A DNA stretch of 64,000 nt, taken from assembly GCF_009914755.1 (NCBI RefSeq), contig NC_060925.1, one strand, 5' to 3'. The DNA comes from the human T2T-CHM13v2.0 reference genome, Homo sapiens. Position numbers and translations under genes: made by a program. The notes under the pieces were generated by a model. That model had not been told where the DNA came from, did not search any database, and saw only the letters and a list, made by a program, of their open reading frames with translations. Numbering within the stretch: position 1 is the stretch's first letter; every line of letters starts with the position of its first letter. Below are positions 51,901-64,000 of the stretch, one piece after another.

Positions 51901-52797
51901 ACCTGTGCCCAGGTCACAGCAGAGCCTAATCTGCATACCCACCTGAAGGATTATGGGACATTGCCATAGCCCTCCGATGAGCATTGACACGAGGGGTCTC
52001 CAAGCAAGGAGGACTTTGGGAGGTTGCTGGAGGGACGTTGCATACTAAGCCCCATGGCCATGAAAGGAATATAGAGAGACCACCCCTGGTGCTAAAAAGG
52101 ACACTCTCAGGGGGAGAGGGAAGGCTTACAGGAAAGCTACCCTAAGCCAAAAAGTAAGTAAAAGTATATGACCCACTATAACAGTGGAAGCCAGTGGCTT
52201 CCTCAATGGTATAACAGACAGGCCAGGGAGCCCCAGTGCCTGCTGACCAGTGTCCTGTGTTTCAACCCCCCGGCTTCTGAATCTCCCCCTTTGCTTAGGA
52301 GTTGAGCCTAGCCCACTTGGGATTTGCATTCACTGCCTGACCAGCGCCCCATCCCATTTCTATTCCTACCTCTCCCCTTGCCTTCCCTTTTTCATCTTCC
52401 GTTCATCCATCTTGCTAACTGACGGATGTGTTTCCATTACTGCCAACATTCACATTAAAACTCTCTGACCTTTATGTCGCTTTTTTTCTGTTCTTTCTAG
52501 AGCACTTTTACTTACACGAATGCTTCTTCAACTGAATACACACAACCCTTGGGGGCTCCCACCCGTGGGCCAGGGAGTATGCAGAGCCACATGACAAACA
52601 CGGCCCATCTTGCTGGCACTGAAATTACCCAATGATAAGTAACTTAAAACACTGTGTTAAAAGAAACAACATGGATACATTATGGAGCAGAATGCAAAAT
52701 GCACCTGAATTTTTAAGCTACAGTAAGACTTCAAATAAATTCTGAGCTTGTGGCTATCTGCTTTAAGCTATACCCTCAAACCCCAGGATACAGCTTA

Positions 52798-53241
<444 letters not shown>

Positions 53242-53899
53242 TCAGAGATGCTTAGCAACTTGCCCCGGGTCACCTAGCAAGCAGGTGTCAGAGCCTAATG
53301 TCTATCCAGCTATTCTGGCTCCAGGCAGGATACTCATTCCATTGCAAGGTATCGCCAGGTGCCTTGAACTTCCCGAGGCAAGAAGACCCTGGAGACAGGT
53401 AGCAGGGTGGCCAGGGCTGGGGTGGCTTCAAAACTCACAGACAAGCAGATGCTTCAAGTCTGGGAAGCCTAAGCCCAGGTGGCTGCAATTCTGATGTCAC
53501 CTAGATAAGCCACTGTCAACTCTGCCATCCCCTTCCCCAGGCTCAGAGGCTGAGGACAGAGAAGCTGGGGTTGTGCCCCAGTTCTTTCTAGTAAGACTCA
53601 AAGGACAAAGGGTGGGCCCAGGGAACATGGGTGACCCTGGCCTCATCCTCAGTGCCCATTGCTGTCAGGGCAGGGGCTCCAGCTTGCAGCACTCTGGGCC
53701 CAGCAGGATTCTATAGACTGCTGCTGAATTGGCTGGGACAGGATTGAAAACCCCACACCTTTCCCACTCAGCCACCCTCTGTGAGGTTATGGCAGGAGTC
53801 CCTTCCCAGAGTCAGGAGGCCTAAGTTCTAGCCCAGTTTCTCCAAAAGAAGCTCAGGCCAGGCCCTCCTCCCTCTGGCTCTGGCACAGCGGGGCTCACT

Positions 53900-54613
<714 letters not shown>

Positions 54614-54779
54614 TCAGACTTAAACAGCTGCCCCAGAGTCAACTGCCACTTCCCATCTCTCCAAGACCCAAGGATTGAGTGAGAAAAGCGTCAATGAGAA
54701 ATCACCAGGGCCCACAGCCTCCTCAGCAACCCCTCCCAGGTGCCATTCCTCAGCCACCCAACCCCCAGTCCCACAGCTG

Positions 54780-55255
54780 AGCATTCATTCAACAATGATT
54801 TAATGAGCATCTACTCTGGGCCAGAAATTGGCTGGGGCATGGAGGATAGCATGGTGAGCAAAACCAGGCATGGTTTCTGTGCTCACAGACTCAGCGTCTA
54901 GAGCAAGACAATAAATAAATACACAGTGGGATGACAGGCAGTGGTAAGTACACTGTCAGGGTAAACCAGGGGAAGGGGAGAGAGATGGGAGAGGTGGTTT
55001 ACATAAGGTGGTTAGGAGAGGCCTCACTAATAAAAAAAAATAGGAAAATATGTCTTATTATAAATAACATTTATAATATAATTATATAAATAATATGTAA
55101 TATTACATGTAATATTTATTAAGAAATAAAGAAAGTGATTATAGGATTGCATCTGAGTGAATGGCATTCCTGGCAGAGGGACGAGCACATGCAAAGGCCC
55201 TGAGAACGGAACAGGCTGAGGACTTTGGCTTTTATTCTCAGTGTGAGAGGGTAGA
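54780..55255 (-). mobile_element. L2 with AT-rich insertion
   Basis: CATTCATTCAACAATGATTTAATGAGCATCTACTCTGGGCCAG...GCATTCCTGGCAGAGGGACGAGCACATGCAAAGGCCCTGAG. Confidence 0.8.
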
Positions 55256-55269
55256 TGACTCTTTAGAGC

Positions 55270-55625
55270 AGACAGAATAGGAGATGTCAATCACATGATA
55301 ATCCGGAGTCCAAAGGAGTCCAGAGTGTCCAAGGTCACCGACCACCCCAAAGTCCCTTCCAATTCTATTGAGACAGAAAAAAAAAATAGATTGCACAGTA
55401 GCCCAAAGGATGTTAAAAGCTCTGTTTTTATTATTAGAAAGAAAAAAAAACCATGAATGAACACGGCCTCCTCCTCACACCGAACAGTTGTATTTAATGT
55501 ACAGATCACAGAGGCAGGTAACTCATACATGGTTAGTAGCAAATGGAGAAATCAAAGCAAAATAAGTTAAAAAAGAGACACAGCAGAGGAGAATATTCCT
55601 CCTAAATCAGCCTTTTTAAACTGCT
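55270..55625. promoter_or_regulatory. Candidate enhancer-like block
   Basis: TGTCAATCA 55285-55293 (PBX/MEIS), TAATCC 55299-55304, ATCAAAG (TCF/LEF-like), TTTAAT. Confidence 0.35.
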
Positions 55626-55909
55626 GCAGGGCACCCTGGAGGGTCCCATGAAATGCCAGGCACATGCTTGTCAGGATTTCTGATGCAGGTGTGGCCCCAC
55701 CAAGGGCATACATGGGTTCGCCTCTGCCTCCTTGGAGTTTAAATTATCACTACTCAGAGATGTCTGCTGCTCACGAAGCACTTACCACAGGCTAGGCATC
55801 ACGCTAGGTATCTCATCTGTGTTGTCTTGTTTAATTCCCAAAAAATCCTGGGAAGTAGGGATTATTTTCCCCATTTTAGAGATAAAAATACTGAGTCCCA
55901 GAGAATTTA

Positions 55910-56240
<331 letters not shown>

Positions 56241-56399
56241 TAAGCTCGCCTGAAGATATGCAGTTTAAGGTAACTCAAAACCTGGCCATTTCAGAAGATT
56301 TTGTAAGATCTTGGTTAAAAGTGAAAAGGTTGGCCCCGAAATGGGGGATTTGGAATGTTGAGGCCAAGCTTTGAAGAGCGGAAAGGAGAAGAGATGCAA

Positions 56400-56625
56400 A
56401 ACATTTCCTGAGCACTTACTATGGGCTGGTGCAATACAAGGCATCTTTTTACCGTGTCCTGTTCAGTCCTCACGATTATGCTGTAAGATGAGGATTGCTA
56501 GTTTTACCTGAAGGGTGAGGAAACTGAAGCTCAGAGGGGAAGGAGGAATGTACTTGCCCAAGGTTGCCAGCTAGTAAGCCCAGAGCCCAGATCTGAGCCA
56601 GGTGCATCTGGCTCCAGAACCCACA
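56400..56625 (-). mobile_element. MIR
   Basis: CTGAGCACTTACTATGGGC...GAGGAAACTGAAGCTCAGAGG..ACTTGCCCAAGGTTGCCAGCTAGTAAG. Confidence 0.8.
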
Positions 56626-57125
56626 GCTACTGCTGCAGCTGGTCATGGCACCAGCCTGTGAGCTGGAACCAGCCTGTCCCAGGAATCACAGTGCCTGGGA
56701 TGTGACCCCAGCTTTTCCAGTGACTTGCTATGTGACCATGAGCCCATCACTTCCCTCTCTGGGTCTCAGTTTCCTCATCTGTAAAATGAAGGGGTGAACT
56801 CCAATGCCCCCTTGATAGTGAGCCTCTGAGCCTATGAGGAACAAGAAACAAAACACACCTTTTCCTTTTGCCTCGTTACACTTCTGAAAGCAAGATGGGT
56901 CACCAGCAGCTCTACTGGAGCCACCAACAAAAATTCGGCCAGGGTTCTTGCTCTTGTCACGTCTGCTCAAACCAGCAGGGTCTGATCCAGAAATACGGCC
57001 TCCATGTGTGCAGCTATGTTTCTGTCGGAGGATGTAGGTAGTCTTCATGAAGCTGGCCTTGAGTAGATTAGCCAAGGCACCCACTCAAGGAAAGAAATCA
57101 TGCTAGCTCTTTGTACATAAAATAA

Positions 57126-57471
<346 letters not shown>

Positions 57472-60400
57472 TGAGAGAGAACAGCAAAATCCCTGCTGCC
57501 ATGTCTCTGGAACACCACCCAGCAATCTGTCTTAGCTCAAGGAGCCTCCTATGCTGGAAAGTCAAAGATCTGTCCTGCCTGCATCCTCCCCATCCCCCTC
57601 CCTGCCCCCTACCTCTGCTCAGTCACCAAAACCAGTCCCCTCTATCTCACTATCTTCTCATACATTGGCCCCATTGTCTCTACCCCCAAAGCACGTGCCA
57701 GGGTTCCAATCCTTCACTGTCTCCCAAGGGCCATGCGGAGCCATGAGCCTGGTCACCTGGCCCCAGTTTCCTCCCTCCAACCATCTTCCACACAGGTGGC
57801 AAGAGGGATCACATCTTTTGCATACTCCAAATCCTCCAAAGTCTCCCTTAGGCCAACAGAATAAATCCCTTAGCATGACATTTAAAGCTCTTCAAGACCT
57901 GGTCCTAATCAGCCTCAATTGATTAATTGCCATCCACCACTCTCCTCCTCCTCACCCTCACCCACATGTCTGTCATGAGCTCTGCTTTTCCACCTAACTG
58001 CCAATCTAGGCTATTCTTCTAGTCTGGAATTTCCAGCCGTCTCCGCTCTGCGCCTTCCTTCAAATGCTGTCCTCCCTAACACCCCACGGAGGCCACAGTT
58101 CATCCCTTCTCTCCACTCCCATGCAGCACTTTGCACAGACCATGATTTATTCGATTCCATATCTCTGGTGCCTGGCACTGAGCCTGGCACACAGGATGGA
58201 TGTAGAGGCATATTTGACGGATGAAGTGAAGTTTGGCATCTCATTCTCTCATGGCCCAGGGATTTTTTTTCATCTAGAATGTCAAGTTGCCCAAGAAAGC
58301 CTAGGCATCGCCCCAGCTCTGCTGCCCACTCAAGTAACGCGTCCCGATGTCCCCCTCGCCTACATCCAGTCATCCTGCCAGCTGGGTGCCCGGAATACTC
58401 TCTCTCTCTCTCATTATCTCACTCCCCTGCTCTCTGAGGACACTGAGCCTCTTCCTCCTCTCTTTGTCCATCTCGAACCCTGGGGACCTCTATCCAGGGG
58501 CAGTTCAGAGAGGAGGAGGAAGAAACATGTGTGGCCGGAGGACATGAGTATTTTCCATACCAAGTCCCTTGAAACACACACATCTGTATTTTAGAAAAGA
58601 AGTACAACCAATAAGATCTAAATGAACAATGATGCATCCAAAAATGGAAGCCCATACAGCATGGAATGACAAGGTACCTCTACAGATACTGCTGGGGCAA
58701 TCATGGTCTGTTGCAAAGTGAGAAGCTAGGATGGAATCCAGTTTGTATGATCTGACACCATTCTGGCAAACAGGAAAAGTCTGAATGACTGCACACCCAA
58801 ATGTCATGGGGCCTATTTCTGGATGGTGGGGAGTATGGATTATTTTTACATTTGTCTTTAAACTTTTATACTGTCTGGATTTTTTTTACAAAGAGCATGA
58901 ACTTTTATCTTCAGAAAAACAATCATATTTCCATATTGAAAGAAGAGGAGGAGGAAGAAGAGAGCAAAGAGGAGGACAGAAGGAGGAAAAAAAAAAAAAG
59001 CTAAATCAGAAACATGAAGACGAAGATAAATGCCCCACAAGGTGCTCTGAGCTGCTCCTCCAACCCAGGATCTGTAAGCCCTCATCAGTGCCCACTGCCC
59101 TGGACAGACCCCTGACTGTGATTCCAGGACTCACCCCAGACCCTGCTCTCCTGCCTGCAGCTCACTCCTCTGGGACCCCAGCTTCCTTCTGATGTCTAAG
59201 GCTCAGCTAAACCTCTGGATCACAATCCCATCCTGCCTCTGGCTGAAGGGTAGAGTGACCATCAGGGCTGTTGTCTCAGACCAACCCCTTTCGCTCATCT
59301 GTCTCTGGACAAAACACCAGGGAAGGAAGCCAATCCCTTGTCCCTGGTCCCTGTAAGGGGAGACTCATGCAGAAACACTGCACCAATGGCCAGCTTGGCT
59401 TGGTACCATCTGCAAACATATTCCTTTAAGGCACTGATGAGAACCCACCATGGAGGGTTTGAATTGGTTAAAGCCTCTGTGTGAATCTACAGAGCACCGG
59501 GCTCCCATACAGCAAGGTGACATTGTCAGCGCAGGTCCTGGCCCACTTGCTGGTAGCAGCATCACCTTGGCCTAGTTACTTAACTTCCCTGCACCTCTCT
59601 TTCCTCCCCTGTGAAGTGGGAGTGCTGATCATCATAATGCAAGTGTTTCAGGACTATCAAGAAGACCGAACCAGATCACCAATGTAAAGCACTGAGCACA
59701 GTGCCTGGCACACAGTCGGCGAGGCTCGAGAAATAAGAGGTTTTTTCTTTGTTGGCAGAATTGTTCTAATCCTGTAGTGGTAGGTCAGAGACACAGCCAT
59801 GACCACTGGCAGTCCCGCTAACAACAGGAGTCCAGTGTGTCCTCAGCAGTTACCATTAGGAGGCTGGCAATGCCTGAGGGATTCTGATGACGGGAAAATC
59901 GATTGGGGTTCATGTACAGGGGAAAGAACTATATTTGTCAGGGGAGGATTTTTGCACAAGAGAAATGTGAAGGGCGTCTTTCAGCTCATCCTCTTTCCTC
60001 CTTGAGAACATCTAGTCTTATTAAAGATATAACAAGGAGGATGGTTCCCACCTTCATCAGGGCTGGTTAGGGAGAGAAGATGCCAAGGCAAAGGAGAAGA
60101 AGGAGGAAGTCATCTGTCTGTTGAGGCCAAGACCTCAGGACACCTCTAAGGAGCTCCAAGGAGAGAAACCCATGCATGTGCATGTGAAAAGCAGCAAGAG
60201 TGCTCCAGCCTGTGGTCAGCTGCAGGAGACTCACGTGAGACCTGGATGACTGAGGGTTTCCAGACTCTCCACCATCTTTTGGTTTCGGACTCCTTTTCTT
60301 GCTTCCAGAATCCCTCATGTCCTAGCTCATGGCTCTTCACTCATAGCCACACCGATGTTTTCAGCCTGCATTGGACAGTCCCATCCATGGGTCAGGACCT

Positions 60401-60539
60401 GATTCTTCATTCAGTCCATAAACCTGTGCAGATGCCTGCTGTGTGCTGGGAGAGACAGAGGTGAAACCGATGTAGACCCTGGAGGGAGGAAGAGAACAGG
60501 ACGCGCACGTCCTTCAGTCAGTGAGACGTGGCATGTGCA

Positions 60540-61045
60540 CAAATAAACCCAAGTCGTGTCATCCGTCATGTCACTCTTCTACTGAACAATCTTCAGGGGC
60601 TCCCTATAATCTTTATGACAGTGTTCAAATCCCTGAGCATAGCATCCAGATCCGCTCCCCATCAGCCCTAACTGACCTGCTCCATCACTCTGCCTCCTCT
60701 ATTCCAGCTTTGCTGAACACCAACATGTTCATGCCTCTGGGTCTTTGCCCATGCTCTGAATTTTCCCCATTTGACAGACTCCTACATTTCCCTCAGTACC
60801 CTGTTCAAATGCCCACTCTTCCACCTATTGTCTTAAGCAACCCCAGAAATTTTTGATCTTTTTGACTTCTGTGTTCCCAAAACAGTGAGTGCAAATGTTT
60901 ATTTCAGTGCTTATTATGATATTTCATATATTTTTATATGTTCATCTTTCCCATTAAGCTTTGAGGGCAAGGTCCATGTCTTATTAATATCTCAACTATA
61001 TAACAGTACCTGGCACACAGTAAGGGCTCAGCAAATGTTTGTCTG
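60540..61045 (+). mobile_element. L2
   Basis: TAAGCTTTGAGGGCAAGGTCCATGTCTT..ACAGTACCTGGCACACAGTAAGGGCTCAGCAAATGTTTGTCTGAA. Confidence 0.75.
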
Positions 61046-61063
61046 AAAAAATATAGTTGGACA

Positions 61064-61492
61064 CCAACCCAAATGCCCATCAATGATAGACTGGATAAAG
61101 AAAATGCGGTACATATACACCATGGAATACTATGCAGCCATAAAAAGGAATGAGATCATGTCCTTTGCAGAGACATGGATGAAGCTGGAAACCATCATCC
61201 TCAGCAAACTAACACAGGAACAGAAAACCAAACACCACAGGTTCTCATTCATAAATGGGAGCTGAACATTGAGAACACATGGACACAGAGAGGGGAAAAA
61301 CACACACCACGGCCTGTTGGGGGTGGGGGGTGAGGGGAGGGAATTTAGAGGATGGGTCAATAGGTGCAGCAAACCACCATGACACACGTATACCTATGCA
61401 ACAAACCTGCAAATTCTGCATATGTATCTTGTAAACCTGCACATTCTGCACATACATCTTGTTTTCCTTTTTTAGAAAGAAAAAGAAAAAAA

Positions 61493-61495
<3 letters not shown>
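61064..61495 (+). mobile_element. 5'-truncated L1PA (PA11-13-like) 3' end
   Basis: ORF 61083-61265 (DWIKKMRYIYTMEYYAAIKRNEIMSF..WMKLETIILSKLTQEQKTKH) is the L1 ORF2 C-terminus; 3' UTR GGGTCAATAGGTGCAGCAAACCACCATG; A tail. Confidence 0.95.
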
Positions 61496-61580
<85 letters not shown>

Positions 61581-61590
61581 CATACATATA
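61496..61590 (+). repeat. (TA)n microsatellite with CA interruptions
   Basis: ~95 bp TA run after the L1 tail. Confidence 0.98.
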
Positions 61591-61943
61591 TTTGGACAAA
61601 AAATACAAGAAAAAAATTATTGTCCATCTCTCTATGCTCCCAATGTTCAACTTCCCTAGTAGTAAGGGAAATTCAAACTACAACAATGATAAGGTGCCAT
61701 GAAACCCACTGGATTAGCAAAAAGCGTGAAAGATTGATGATATTCTGTTTTGATGAAGATGTAAAGGCAAGAACTGGTGAAAACAGGAATTGCTACAATT
61801 TTTGGAAGGAAATATCATCCCATATGTTAACAGAATGTATATACCTGTTGACTCTTCAATCCCACTATTATGAATTTATCCTATAGAAATAAAAGCACCA
61901 GCATAGAAGGTATAATAATCTATTGTTGCTTAATAAATCACCC

Positions 61944-62290
<347 letters not shown>

Positions 62291-64000
62291 TTATTATCTC
62301 CTGACTTCTGTGGGTAAGGAATCCAGGCACAGCTTAGCTGAGTGCCCTGGCTCAGGGTCTCTCACAGGCTGCATTCAACATGTCTGTTGGGGCTGCAGTC
62401 ATCTGAAGGCTTGACTGGGGAAGGATCTGATTCTAGGCTCACTCGCGTGGTTGTTAGCAGGATTCAGCTCCTCAAGGGCCTTCGGATGGAAGTCCTCAGT
62501 TCCTCACTGATGGTTGGCTTCAGGCCACCGTCAGCTCCTTGCCAAGCAGCCCTCTCTGTTAGAGTAAGCACATGAGAAGAGCCAGGGAGAAGACACCAAG
62601 ATGACAGAAGTCACAGTCTTTTGTAACGTAATCACAGAGGTGACATCCTGTTGATTTTGCTGTGTTCTGTTCATTAGAAGCAAGTTACTAGGTCCAGCTC
62701 ACATGTGAGATGAGGCGATAACACAAGAGGATGAATACCAGGAGGTGGGAATCACTGGGAGCCACATCAGAAGCTGCTGGTCACAGTGTGTGTTTGTGCG
62801 AGTGTGCATGTCTGAGTGCATGTGTGTATGTGTGTGTGTATGCATAAGAGTGTGCACATGCATGTGAATCATGGAGAAAGACATGTAAGGAACACTCAAA
62901 ATCCTTACAAGGGTTATTGGGGACTTGGGTGAGGAGTGGGGAATTGAAGAGGCAGAAGTGGGAGGGGAAAATGCATTGTATAAATCTCTATTTTGTTTGA
63001 CCTTTTAAATAAGTAGGCATTAATTTTATAACTTAAAAAAATGGTAGATTTGAGGTCATAAATGCCCAAAGTGTAGTGTCCTGAGAATTGATAGAAGGAA
63101 AAACCTATCCCAGTATGGGGAGAGAGGTAAGGAAATCAGGGAAGCCTTCACAGTGGAGACTGTTTGAAGTGGGTCTTGAAATATGAGCTGGATTTGGACA
63201 TGCAGAAATGGCAGGAATGACTTAGAAGGGAAGAGTGCAACAGATGGCAAGCTAACTGTCCCAGGGCCAGAGAGTTGTCAAGGTGAGACAAGCTAACAGA
63301 GCACAGGCATTGAGCCAAGGCACCCAGACCAACCTGGGACGTGCCTACCTGGCTTTCTCCAGACCCATGTAAGTGGGGCTGCAGGGGAGACATCAGCTGC
63401 AACTGAGCCCTCAGGGTCTCTGGCAGAAAGTTCTAGACCTTTGCACCTCCTCACACTGCTTCCAAACTCCAGAGTCACAAGCACAAGTCCCATTCTAAGG
63501 GCCAGGGCAACTAGGAGCCTGAGCCCCACCCAACCGAGCCTACCGAGAGGCCCACAGCAATGGAAGGAGAAACACTAGCATTCCCTTTCTCTCCCCATGG
63601 CTCCACTGAAGGGGGTCCTCCATTCATCACAGAGACAGAGTCCACACTCTGCTTGTTCTGTGGGGCAAAGCCCTTTATATCTCCCTGGCCATTAACTTCA
63701 CTAAATTTACCCTAATCCATCTCCAGGAAGAACTGGCTTCATCAGAGCCACAGGGCTGAGGCTGGCCCTAGCTCAGAGGTCCCTCCAACAAAAGGGAAAT
63801 TAGAACTACAAGGCTGAACCAACAAGCCTTTTGGTTAGCATGTAAACATAAACCTCAAGAAAATTAGTCCTTCAAAGGCTATCTCTGATTATCTCCTCTG
63901 GGTTGGCTCCAAGCTGGAGAAGGGAAGAGGCTTAGACCCAGCTCCCTGCCTTGGAGCAGCCCTTAGCCAAGTTGGGGTCAAGAGGACTGTATTGGACCAT

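Noticed and set aside
61083-61265. ORF with real protein similarity
   Set aside because: It is the C-terminal remnant of L1 ORF2 in a 5'-truncated element, not a host gene; 10736-10969 (-) is the same kind of remnant.

Overview
Primate (almost certainly human) non-coding DNA: Alu J/S/Y, L1PA, and abundant ancient MIR, L2, MaLR/ERVL LTR and MER5/MER102 fragments. I find no credible protein-coding exon, tRNA/rRNA gene or CRISPR array. The provided ORFs are repeat-derived or low-complexity artefacts. The window looks like a gene desert or large intron with about a dozen repeat-free, homeodomain-motif-rich blocks resembling conserved developmental enhancers. It also has an orphan CpG island (~44.0-44.7 kb) abutting a G/GT-rich minisatellite, and a strong CTCF motif with its upstream module at ~50.0 kb. 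The most striking unexplained structure is a ~250-bp local duplication (27.7 kb and 29.8 kb). Its 135-bp perfectly identical core coincides with a 92-nt candidate exon (polypyrimidine-AG ... AAG|GTATG) that has stops in all three frames, and it is surrounded by a cluster of short tandem duplications. I cannot identify the locus from sequence alone. Repeat subfamily calls are from memory of consensus sequences, and boundaries of old repeats are approximate.
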